A DNA stretch of 32,000 bases, from the NCBI RefSeq assembly GCF_014280175.1, contig NZ_CP047931.1, positions 1,080,001 to 1,112,000 of the forward strand, read 5' to 3'. Shown here piece by piece: positions 19,708 through 28,331 of the stretch (the first letter of the stretch is position 1; every line of letters begins with the position of its first letter). This DNA comes from Synechococcus sp. A15-28. GTDB lineage: Bacteria; Cyanobacteriota; Cyanobacteriia; PCC-6307; Cyanobiaceae. The position numbers and the translations under genes were made by a program. Below the pieces are notes generated by a model. That model had not been told where the DNA came from. It made no database searches and was given only the letters and a program-made list of their open reading frames with translations.

Positions 19708-22152
19708 ATGCGGGTCTCCTTCTCTTGGCTCAAGCAACTGGTTCAGCTGACGGGCTCTGTCGAAGAACTGGCCCACCGTCTGTCGATGGCGGGATTTGAG
19801 GAGGAGGAGATCGAGGATCTGAGCGCCCGGGCCAAGGGCGTGGTGGTGGGTCTGGTGAAGGAACGCGAGAAGCACCCCAATGCCGACAAGCTCAGCGTCT
19901 GTCAGGTGGATGTCGGTGCCGATGATCTGGTTCAGATCGTCTGCGGAGCCAAGAATGTCCGCGCTGGACTGCATGTGCCTGTGGCCATGGTGGGGGCGGT
20001 GTTGCCGGCCGTGAATCTCACCATCAAGGCAGGGGAATTGAGGGGAGTCAGCAGCAACGGCATGATCTGCTCCCTCTCGGAACTCGGGCTGGCGACGGAG
20101 TCCGATGGCATCGCAGAACTAGATGCCATCACCACAGACCTTCCCGCCCTCGGGAAACCGGTTGCTCCCATGCTCGGTCTGGATGACACCGTCCTGGAGC
20201 TGGCGATCACCGCCAACCGACCGGATGGTCTGTCGATGGTGGGCATCGCAAGGGAGGTGGCGGCCCTCACGGGGGCTGAGCTGACGCTGCCGGATCTGAC
20301 TCTGAACCCTGCCCATGAGGTTTTGCAGGCGACGGCCGCCAGTGCTGAGGCCATGCAGGCCGGCGGTTTATACGGGATTTCGCTGATCGAGGGCGTTGAC
20401 GGCTCGCTGGTCTCTCCGGCTTGGGTTCAGCAACGTCTGGAACGGGCCGGCATCAACCGTGTGAATGCCGTGGTGGACGTCACCAACGTGGTGATGTTGG
20501 AGCAGGGCCAGCCCCTGCATGCCTTCGATGCGGACGCACTGGAACAGCTCACCGGCAAGTCGGTGAGCGCCGCCAGTTTCGGGCTGCGGCAGGCCCGTGA
20601 GGGCGAAGCCTTCATCGGCCTAGATGACCGGGAGCTCAGCCTCGACCCCCGGGCACAGGTGGTGACCTGTCATGACCTCTCGATCGCTCTGGCTGGTGTG
20701 ATGGGCAGCAAGGCCTCGGGTATCACGGCCTCAACAACGCGAATCTGGCTGGAGTCCGCCATGTTCAGCCCTGCATCCGTTCGCACGACAGCCCGTTCCG
20801 TCGGTCTGCGGACGGATGCCAGCGCTCGTTTCGAGAAGGGCCTGCCCAGGGAGATGACCCTGGCCTGTTCGATCCGAGCGCTGGAGCTGCTGAAAGACCT
20901 GTTCCCGTGTGAAGCCAAAGGGCTCTGGGTCTGTGGTGACAGCGCTGGCGACGCCAGTGCGGTTCTGTTGCGCCGGGATGCTTTGCATCAGTTGCTCGGC
21001 CCCCTGGAAGGGGATGAGGGCAGCTCCGATCTTCCTGACGCTGTGATTGAGCAGTGCCTGACGGCCCTCGGTTGTGAGCTCAACGCCTGTGATGAGGGTT
21101 GGAATGTCACAGCCCCTCCCTCGCGACGCCTGGATCTGGCCCGGGAAATCGATCTGATCGAAGAAGTGGCCCGCCTCGTCGGCTTTGATCGCTTCGGTGC
21201 TCATCTGCCGGATCCGCTGTCGCCTGGCGCCCTCACTCCGGCGCAGCAGGCGGAACGAAGGCTTCGGACCTTGTTCTGCGGTGCTGGCCTTCAGGAAATA
21301 ACCACCCTTTCCCTGGTGGGTGCCAGCGACAGTGACCCTCGCATCGCCATCAGTAATCCGTTACTGGCGGAAACCAGTCACCTGCGCACCAACCTGTGGG
21401 AGGAACACCTGGATGTGTGTGTCCGCAACCTGAAGGCCTCCCAGTCGGGCTGCTGGATCTTCGAGCTGGGTACCACCTATGCCGGCAGTGCAGAAGCGGT
21501 GCAGGAATCACGGTGTCTCTCCGGCGTGATCTGCGGAGAGCAACGCCTGGAACGCTGGACCACCAGCGGCAAACCCTCACCTCCCGACTACTACACCGCT
21601 CGCGGACGACTGACGGAGGTGATGCGGGCACTGAAACTGGACCTGTCGGACCGACGCCTCACCGACGATCCGCGCCTGCACCCCGGCCGTGCTGCCACCC
21701 TCGTGCTGGAGGGTCGTCCCCTCGGCTGTTTTGGTCAGCTCCACCCGGAGTTGGCGGAATCCCGTGATCTACCGGAGGCCACCTATCTGTTTGAACTTGA
21801 TCTGACTCGCCTGGTGGAGGCGGCCACGCGGACCAACCGCTGGATTCCGGCCTTCAAGGCCTTCCCAACGGTGCCGGCCAGTGAACGGGATCTGGCGGTG
21901 GTCGTGGACCGCGCTGTCGCCGCATCCGATTTGATGCAGTCCATCCGCAAGGCGGGCAAACCGCTTCTGGAGGCGGTGACGCTGATCGATCGGTTTGAAG
22001 GGGAGCAACTGGGAGAGAACAAGGCCAGCCAGGCGTTCCGCCTGCGTTATCGACACAAGTCGGAGACACTCACCGATGAGCAAGTCCAACCGGTGCACGA
22101 CAAGGTCCGCCAGGCCCTCGCCAAGCAGCACGGGGCCGAGCTCAGGAGCTGA
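19708..22152 (+). CDS. pheT: Phenylalanyl-tRNA synthetase beta subunit
   Basis: MRVSFSWLKQLVQL, GLVKEREKHPNADKLSVCQVD, GLRTDASARFEKG, SERDLAVVVD and a C-terminal anticodon-binding fold. Confidence 0.97.
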   Translation: MRVSFSWLKQLVQLTGSVEELAHRLSMAGFEEEEIEDLSARAKGVVVGLVKEREKHPNADKLSVCQVDVGADDLVQIVCGAKNVRAGLHVPVAMVGAVLPAVNLTIKAGELRGVSSNGMICSLSELGLATESDGIAELDAITTDLPALGKPVAPMLGLDDTVLELAITANRPDGLSMVGIAREVAALTGAELTLPDLTLNPAHEVLQATAASAEAMQAGGLYGISLIEGVDGSLVSPAWVQQRLERAGINRVNAVVDVTNVVMLEQGQPLHAFDADALEQLTGKSVSAASFGLRQAREGEAFIGLDDRELSLDPRAQVVTCHDLSIALAGVMGSKASGITASTTRIWLESAMFSPASVRTTARSVGLRTDASARFEKGLPREMTLACSIRALELLKDLFPCEAKGLWVCGDSAGDASAVLLRRDALHQLLGPLEGDEGSSDLPDAVIEQCLTALGCELNACDEGWNVTAPPSRRLDLAREIDLIEEVARLVGFDRFGAHLPDPLSPGALTPAQQAERRLRTLFCGAGLQEITTLSLVGASDSDPRIAISNPLLAETSHLRTNLWEEHLDVCVRNLKASQSGCWIFELGTTYAGSAEAVQESRCLSGVICGEQRLERWTTSGKPSPPDYYTARGRLTEVMRALKLDLSDRRLTDDPRLHPGRAATLVLEGRPLGCFGQLHPELAESRDLPEATYLFELDLTRLVEAATRTNRWIPAFKAFPTVPASERDLAVVVDRAVAASDLMQSIRKAGKPLLEAVTLIDRFEGEQLGENKASQAFRLRYRHKSETLTDEQVQPVHDKVRQALAKQHGAELRS

Positions 22153-23539
22153 TACGCCGTAGAAAAGCCAGGTTTTCCAGATGGGTGGTCTGGGGAAAGA
22201 AATCCACGGGCTGCAGCTGATCCAACTGGTACGGGCCCTCTGGCTGGAGCAACCGTTTCAGATCCCTGGCCTGGGTGGCCATGTCACAACTGAGATAGGC
22301 CAGCAGGGGCGGTGGGTCCCTCAGGATCGCCGCCACCACAGTGGACTCAAGACCGCGTCGCGGTGGATCGACCACCAGGGCTGAACAACCCGGCAGGGTT
22401 TGCTTGAGCAGGTCGGCCACGTCGCCGGCCTCGAAGCGGGTCAGCGGGCCCAGACCGTTGACAGTGGCATTGCGATCGGCCTGCTCGATGGAGTCGGGAT
22501 TGATCTCAATGCCCACGACACGATGCCCGCGTGCCGCAAGCGGCAGGCTGATGGTGCCGATGCCGCAGTAGGCATCCACGATTGGCCCATGCTGCGCCGC
22601 CTGGTGCAGCCAATGCACCAGGCACTCCACGATGGCTTCGGCCTGGGGCGTGTTGATCTGGAAAAAGGTGGTGGTGCTGAGCTGCAGCTCAAGCCCGCAG
22701 AACTGCTCACGAATCGTGGGATCCCCCGCCAGAACAGTGGTGGTCGACCCAAGGATCTGGTTGGTGCGGCGGGGCTGCAGATTCAAGGTGACACCTTTGA
22801 CCTGATCCCAGCGTTGGATCCACTGCTGGGCCAGTCGTTTCAGTCCAGGGAGCGGGTGGCTACTGACGAGAGTGATCAACACCTCGCCGGTGTGATGACC
22901 CATCCGCAGTCCCAGGTGCCGAAGTCCCTGGGATTGGCTGAGATCGTGATCAGCCGCAAGGCCACTGCCATCCAGATCTCGCTTCAGGGGCTCGACCAGG
23001 GCATCCAGCCGTGGGTCCAGGACGGGGCAGCGGGACAGATTGACGATGCGGTGGCTGCCGCGGCGGAAGTAGCCCATGCGCAGACGGCCATCCTCCCCGC
23101 GGCGGAGGGGGATCAGCCCGCGGTTGCGATAGCCGAGACCACGCTGATCCGTCTGGACAGGAGCCTGGGGATGGTCGATCTCCCCGATCCGCAGCAGTGT
23201 CTGACGGAGCTGATCCTGCTTCCAGTCGCGCTGGGCAGTTTCCTCAAGGTGCTGCAGTGTGCAGCCACCACAGTCGTGGGCCAGGATGCAAGGAGGGCGG
23301 CGTCGTTCCGGTGAGCTGGTCAGACGTTCACTGATTCGACTCAGCCATCGGGACTTCTGCCGTTGTTGGAGCTGCACGCTGGCTCGCTCCCCGGGCAGCA
23401 GTCCTGGCACCACGACCACCCACCCCTGCCAACGGGCAAGGCCGTGGCCATCACGATCCAGATCGATGGCCTGCAGGTCCATGCGAAGACCAGGCCGTGG
23501 GCTGTTGGAATCAGCGTCTGCGCCGTTGGTCTCAGGCAT
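22142..23539 (-). CDS. rlmD: 23S rRNA (uracil(1939)-C(5))-methyltransferase, TrmA/RlmD family
   Basis: TRAM-like N-terminus, FFQINTPQAE, VDAYCGIGTISLPLA, VVDPPRRGLE, YLSCDMATQARDLKRL. Confidence 0.88.
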   Translation of the reverse strand: MPETNGADADSNSPRPGLRMDLQAIDLDRDGHGLARWQGWVVVVPGLLPGERASVQLQQRQKSRWLSRISERLTSSPERRRPPCILAHDCGGCTLQHLEETAQRDWKQDQLRQTLLRIGEIDHPQAPVQTDQRGLGYRNRGLIPLRRGEDGRLRMGYFRRGSHRIVNLSRCPVLDPRLDALVEPLKRDLDGSGLAADHDLSQSQGLRHLGLRMGHHTGEVLITLVSSHPLPGLKRLAQQWIQRWDQVKGVTLNLQPRRTNQILGSTTTVLAGDPTIREQFCGLELQLSTTTFFQINTPQAEAIVECLVHWLHQAAQHGPIVDAYCGIGTISLPLAARGHRVVGIEINPDSIEQADRNATVNGLGPLTRFEAGDVADLLKQTLPGCSALVVDPPRRGLESTVVAAILRDPPPLLAYLSCDMATQARDLKRLLQPEGPYQLDQLQPVDFFPQTTHLENLAFLRRISS

Positions 23540-23620
23540 TGCAATGGCGTAACACCAGGGTCGTCACCGGACGGTTGACCCACTTGAGACCACTAAACTC
23601 CACGAAGCCTGTTCAGTTCC

Positions 23621-24115
23621 ATGAGTGTTGTCCGGGATCTCATCCTTCAGGCCGATGAGGATCTGCGGTACCCGACCAGTGGTGAACTGCAAAGCATGGT
23701 TGCCTTCCTGGAGCAGGGCGCCATGCGCGTGTCCGTCGTCAAGGTGCTGACGGACAACGAAAAGAAGATCGTTGATGAATCCGCGAAGCAACTGTTCGGC
23801 CGCAAGCCCGAGTACGTGGCTCCGGGTGGCAACGCCTACGGGCAGAAACAACGTGCCCAGTGTCTGCGGGATTACAGCTGGTACCTGCGACTGGTCACCT
23901 ACGGGGTTCTGGCTGGCAGCACAGAAATGATCCAGGACATCGGTCTGGTGGGTGCCCGTGAGATGTACAACAGCCTTGGGGTCCCGATGCCCGGCATGGT
24001 GGAGGCCATGAAGACCATGAAGGTTGCCTCCCTGGCGTTGTTGTCCGATGCGCAGGTGAAGCTGGCAGCTCCCTACTTCGATTTCCTGATCCAGGGGATG
24101 CAGACCTCCACCTGA
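23621..24115 (+). CDS. apcD: Allophycocyanin-B alpha-type subunit (ApcD)
   Basis: MSVVRDLILQADEDLRYPTSGELQSM and the chromophore-binding region QCLRDYSWYLRLVTYGVLAG. Confidence 0.93.
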   Translation: MSVVRDLILQADEDLRYPTSGELQSMVAFLEQGAMRVSVVKVLTDNEKKIVDESAKQLFGRKPEYVAPGGNAYGQKQRAQCLRDYSWYLRLVTYGVLAGSTEMIQDIGLVGAREMYNSLGVPMPGMVEAMKTMKVASLALLSDAQVKLAAPYFDFLIQGMQTST

Positions 24116-24143
24116 TTCGTTCTTCTGTCTCAAGCAAGACTCG

Positions 24144-24176
24144 CCCCTGGTCGCATCATGCGTCCAGGGGTTTTTT
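24144..24176 (+). terminator. Rho-independent terminator downstream of apcD
   Basis: CCCCTGG (24144-24150), loop arm cgcat/atgcg, CCAGGGG (24164-24170), followed by TTTTTT (24171-24176). Confidence 0.88.
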
Positions 24177-24704
24177 AATGCGACAGGTGTCTCGCTCGCT
24201 CGTTTTGATTGAGTCTCTTTTCAAGACGCAGCATGCGACTTACTAGAGATCAGCAACGATTGTCGCCGAGCGTTCCAGGATTTTCGGGAACAAAGCTTGC
24301 GTCACTGTGTCTACAGCAGGTACGCAGGACTGAGAATGCAGGCGTTCAAGGGGTTTTATCAGTTGTCCAGGCGGGCTGGACAGGACCGGGACATGCATTA
24401 GCTCGAACGGGGGCCGGGCAAAGCCTTAAAACAATGTTTTTTGCATCACGAGACATCGGCAGCAGACATTTGCGCAGCATGATCCATAAAAATGATCAGA
24501 ATTTAGATGTTAAAACTTACTCACCAGTCTCTTCTGCGACGCCTTTCGCGACTCATTTGTAGACCATTCTGAGACAGCCTGAAGCGGTGACTTCAAGGCG
24601 CGATCGCTGCCTGCGGGGTCGCGCGAAAAAAGTAGCCAAGTCTCAGAAATCTTGCCTTGGATTATTCATTGGTCTAGCTAAGAGTCTTAGATAAGACCTA
24701 TGAC

Positions 24705-25691
24705 TCAGGTTTGGCGGTATAGCTCGCGCAGCAGCCGATAGGCCTCGTTCAGCCGGCGCATGCTGTCCGTGGATCCTCCAGAGTCCGGATGGGCCTCGCG
24801 TGCCTGAGTTTTGTAAGCCTCTCGGATCGCCGCCAGTGTGACGGAGGCGCCGGCTTGTGTGGATAGGCCGAGCAGCTTCAACGCGCCGTGCACGGTCATC
24901 GTGGATTCCAGCGTTTCGAACGAGGTGACCTGGCGGCTGCGGCGGAACCGATTCACAAATCGCCTCACCAGGGTTGGCATCCGTTCCGAGAGACCCGCCG
25001 TTGCAAATGGGTCCTCCAGGGCACCGGCCACAACCATCACGCGTCCGAGGGATGGAGCTGCTGCGGTCCACTCAGGGCAGAGCTCCTCCATCGCTGCATT
25101 CGCAGCAGACCAGGTGAAAGCGCGGCCTTCACTGGCATCCAGGTTGCTCCAAAGATCCCTGGCCAGCCAGAGCATGGCTGCTTCCACCACGGTCTCTCCT
25201 GGGGCCTGGCCATACAGGGATGACCAGTGGTCGTCGGCTGCCTGGGCAGCGGCTTGCAGATCCTGGAGCGCAACAGAGGCGAGCAATGGGGCGTCTCCGG
25301 ATGATCTGGATTGCTTCGGCGCTTGAAGCGTGTCTCGGAGCTGACTGGTCCGCCGGCTCACGAAGCCGGGAAGATCGATCCCGCCTGTATTGGACGAAGA
25401 AGCAGGAGCTGCAGGCTGCGGTTGATGACGCTCCGTGGGGGATTCGATCAACACCAGGCTGGTGACATCGGTGCTGACCTCGTCTTCAGCCGCACCCACC
25501 TGCTCATCGCTGCCGTCGAGGGACCCCGACTCGCTCTGGTCCACGTCACCCAGGATTCCATCAAGCAGTATCTCCAGCACCTGCCCTCTGGATCGAACGC
25601 CATATTCCCGTTTCAACTGGTCGATCAACGAGACCTGGCGACTCGGAAGCTTGAGCGTGATGGATTTCGACCTGGATTCCTCGTCGGGCAA
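24705..25691 (-). CDS. C-terminal J-domain protein with N-terminal ribbon-helix-helix-like segment
   Basis: N-terminus KSITLKLPSRQVSLIDQLKREYGVRSRGQVLEILLDGIL (RHH-like). C-terminus VTLAAIREAYKTQAREAHPDSGGSTDSMRRLNEAYRLLRELY (J-domain with HPD). Confidence 0.8.
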   Translation of the reverse strand: MPDEESRSKSITLKLPSRQVSLIDQLKREYGVRSRGQVLEILLDGILGDVDQSESGSLDGSDEQVGAAEDEVSTDVTSLVLIESPTERHQPQPAAPASSSNTGGIDLPGFVSRRTSQLRDTLQAPKQSRSSGDAPLLASVALQDLQAAAQAADDHWSSLYGQAPGETVVEAAMLWLARDLWSNLDASEGRAFTWSAANAAMEELCPEWTAAAPSLGRVMVVAGALEDPFATAGLSERMPTLVRRFVNRFRRSRQVTSFETLESTMTVHGALKLLGLSTQAGASVTLAAIREAYKTQAREAHPDSGGSTDSMRRLNEAYRLLRELYRQT

Positions 25692-25715
25692 ACGATCAAC
25701 CTTGCTGCCGGAAGG

Positions 25716-27308
25716 TTATCGACCCTGAAGCTGGCGAAGCCATTGCTGCTGACTGCGAATGGCATCGGTGTAACGAGGTGAGGGGAGGGGAAGGATGGCT
25801 GGTAGTGGTGGGGGGGGAGTGGCAGGCCCCGCTCTGACAGGAGCGGGTTGTTGGATCGGTTCGGCAGCCGGTGTAACAACTTTGACGGGTGCCGTCTCCT
25901 GTTCGTTGATGGGCTCTATCGCAGCGGGTGGAGCCAGGTTGGGCATCACCTTGCGCTCTTTTTTCTGAGCGGCCAATGTCTCCTGAGCCGCCTTTTGCTT
26001 TTTCTGCCGCTGATGCAGCGTTGCCAGCTGCTGGACGGGGACCACACTCAGCAGATGACCTGGCGTCGCATCGGCGGGATACACCAGGCTGACCTTGACG
26101 GGATTGCTGTCACCTGGTTTCAAGCGAAGGTCCGACAAGGCGAGACTTTCGCCGGCTCGAAGGCCCACATGGACCTCTTCCACAGCGTCACCCTGCTGAA
26201 TTCTGATCGAGCCGCGAAACGCTGTGAAGGGCTTTTTCCCAGAGACAACCGGGTGGCTCATCACCAGCTGGTGGACTCCCTGTCCTTTGAGATTCAAGGT
26301 GACGTCGTAGCGGACTCCATAAGTTCCGACATTGTTCAAAGCTGAGTCGACCATCCGGGTGGTCAAGGGATTCACCTGAACATCACGGGTCCCGAAATGA
26401 TGGCGTGATGTGCTGGTCAGAGGCACATGCAGTGGGCCTTGGTTGAGGTTGTGATCAATGTTGGCGGCGTACTTGTCACCAATGGCGACACCGGCGACAC
26501 GGGAGAAGACCTCACCCGATTGAATGTCCCGAATGCGGTTGAGGTAGATGCGTCCAGGCGCCAGTCGGCCTCGCCGGAGAACCGATAGAAGAGCATGTTC
26601 GCTCTGCTTCTCTTCAGCTGCGACGACAGCTAATTGAAAGGGACCATCGCTGCGACCCTGGAGCAACCCATTGGCGATGCCTCGTGCCGGCAGATCGGTG
26701 CTGACGACGACTTTGCTGGAACGGGGTGGAATCACGATTGATGGCCGCAGCTTGCGATCCAGTTCTTCGCGCAACATCTGCACGGCTGTCGCATCACCCG
26801 GACCCGTGTTCCAGGGTCGCTTTCCGAGGGGTTTGACCCCCATCAGGTTGTTGGGAAGGTATGGGGCCTCAAAACTGTTTTTGACTGATCCACTGGAGAA
26901 GGTCAGCGTCACCGGACGCTCTCGAGGATTGATGGCGATCAGGCCAAGGGTCAGAAGACCTCGCTTTTTGCGTCCCCCCAGTTTCTTGGCATCGGAGGGG
27001 TAGTACTTGTGGTGCATGTGCACCCCGAAGTCGCCGTTGAAGGTGAATTGCGCATTTCGCAGCGGACGGTTGGTTTCCGCAGCGATGGACGTTCCGGGGG
27101 CAGTCGTGACAAGGATTCCCGGCCCTTTGACGATTTCAGGCTGATTGGAATGAAGAACGGGAACCCGGTTGAAGGAGCCATTGAGCGGCTTGGCCCTCTG
27201 GCCTGACATCAGCGCGACGTAGGCCGAGGCAGGGCGCACAAGCACAGTGCTGCATGTCGCAGTTGCGACACAGGCCAGGACTTGAAGTGGGACGCGTCCG
27301 AGCCTCAT
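25716..27308 (-). CDS. Secreted DUF3370-like protein with Pro-rich C-terminus
   Basis: Signal peptide MRLGRVPLQVLACVATATCSTVLVRPASA, then RAKPLNGSFNRVPVLHSNQPEIVKGPGILVTTAPG...FTFNGDFGVHMHH. The C-terminus is proline-rich. Confidence 0.72.
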   Translation of the reverse strand: MRLGRVPLQVLACVATATCSTVLVRPASAYVALMSGQRAKPLNGSFNRVPVLHSNQPEIVKGPGILVTTAPGTSIAAETNRPLRNAQFTFNGDFGVHMHHKYYPSDAKKLGGRKKRGLLTLGLIAINPRERPVTLTFSSGSVKNSFEAPYLPNNLMGVKPLGKRPWNTGPGDATAVQMLREELDRKLRPSIVIPPRSSKVVVSTDLPARGIANGLLQGRSDGPFQLAVVAAEEKQSEHALLSVLRRGRLAPGRIYLNRIRDIQSGEVFSRVAGVAIGDKYAANIDHNLNQGPLHVPLTSTSRHHFGTRDVQVNPLTTRMVDSALNNVGTYGVRYDVTLNLKGQGVHQLVMSHPVVSGKKPFTAFRGSIRIQQGDAVEEVHVGLRAGESLALSDLRLKPGDSNPVKVSLVYPADATPGHLLSVVPVQQLATLHQRQKKQKAAQETLAAQKKERKVMPNLAPPAAIEPINEQETAPVKVVTPAAEPIQQPAPVRAGPATPPPPLPAILPLPSPRYTDAIRSQQQWLRQLQGR

Positions 27309-27524
27309 GAGACGGCCTTCAGTCGGGGTTCGGCTGAAGTACTGCTGGCGAAGGTGCCTCACGGTAAGCGTCGGATCCGTGCAAGCCAAGCCAAGAGCGA
27401 CTCACGGGACCATGGTGAATTCGCCAGAATTCGTCCAGTTATCCCTTCAACCATGCTTCCTCCGTTTTGCTGCAACGGAAGCTCCGATCACCAGCAACGG
27501 AGACGTCAGCATCAGGAGCGCAAG

Positions 27525-27626
27525 ATGGCCATGTTGATGTTCTGGCGGGATGGATTGGAGCGACAGCTCGCCGCTCTGAATGCCACCATCGGCACGCTTC
27601 ATGATCAGATGCAGCGCGACGCCTAA
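27525..27626 (+). CDS. Candidate small protein (33 aa)
   Basis: ATG 27525 to TAA 27624-27626: MAMLMFWRDGLERQLAALNATIGTLHDQMQRDA*. An AGGAG (27514-27518) lies 6 nt upstream. Confidence 0.4.
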   Translation: MAMLMFWRDGLERQLAALNATIGTLHDQMQRDA

Positions 27627-28257
27627 TCGGCCGGTTGCAGGTCGCTCAGCTTCAGCTCCAACTGCTTGAGACCTCGCTAGACCCGACGTTGGACAGTCAT
27701 GGCTGAAACGCCAAGGCTGCTGCCAACGTTGCGCAGTCTGCGCCCTTCGATCACGACTGCATTCACGGCTTGTCTGTCTTTGGCAGCAAGCCCAGCGAAG
27801 GCTTGTTGAACGGTTTCTCTCCGTTCGGCGTTGAGCATCATCGACAATCCTGTCTTCGCTGGTGCCTGAAGATTCATCGGCAAGGGTTGCCAGCGGTTTT
27901 TTGCTCGATAGGTCGCCTGAACCCACTGCTCATGACTGTTCTGTGGAGCACTGGTTTGACACAGCCGTTGCGCTTCTTCCTCAAGGCGTCGTGGCAGTCG
28001 AACCAGGGCAACGCTGTCGCGTAAGTAGTGAAGAATCGCCCCTCGGGCATGGGTCCTGGCGAAGGCCTCAAAGGGCACGTTGGTGCACTTCTGTAGGTCT
28101 TGGTTGCTTTGATCAGACCAAGAACGGCCACCTGAAAGAGGTCATCCTGGTCAAGACCAGTGCGTTGGGAAAAGCTTCTGGCCAGACGAAGGGCCAGGTC
28201 GAGATGACGTTCAACCAGTTGGTTGCGCCGATGAACTTTGGAATTGGGCATGAACAA
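27623..28257 (-). pseudogene. Sigma-70 family RNA polymerase sigma factor, apparently disrupted by a frameshift and an in-frame stop
   Basis: Region 2 is split between two frames: LVERHLDLALRLARSFSQRTGLDQDDLFQVAVLGLIKATKTYRS (ORF 27874-28257) and NVPFEAFARTHARGAILHYLRDSVALVRLPRRLEEEA (ORF 27677-28078). The second ORF ends at TAG 27677-27679 immediately after the region 4 HTH (LGVSAMTVQRRV*), and the same frame then continues RGLKQLELKLSDLQPAD*. Confidence 0.72.
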
Positions 28258-28331
28258 AAAAGATCCGGGATTTCCTTTCCCGTCTGTTGTTCAAGCCATG
28301 CATAGTCCAGGTGGCCGATTCATCCGTGGCA

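Noticed and set aside
22400-23314. 304-aa + strand ORF
   Set aside because: It is antisense to rlmD, which carries clear methyltransferase motifs, so it is a shadow ORF.
24209-24562. 117-aa + strand ORF in the apcD/dnaJ-like spacer
   Set aside because: There is no convincing RBS, motif or compositional bias. The region looks more like non-coding or decayed sequence.
24600-24607. GCGATCGC octamer (HIP1-like)
   Set aside because: It is isolated here, with another copy at about 5278-5285 inside a gene. There is no enrichment to suggest function.
24598-24626. GCGCGA...TCGCGC inverted repeat followed by AAAAAA as a possible terminator
   Set aside because: The homopolymer is on the wrong side and strand for an intrinsic terminator in either direction. 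It is kept only as a structural feature of the spacer.
27447-27926. 159-aa - strand ORF overlapping the sigma gene
   Set aside because: It is out of frame with the recognisable sigma-70 coding frames, and its translation is low-complexity and Arg/Gln/Ser-rich.
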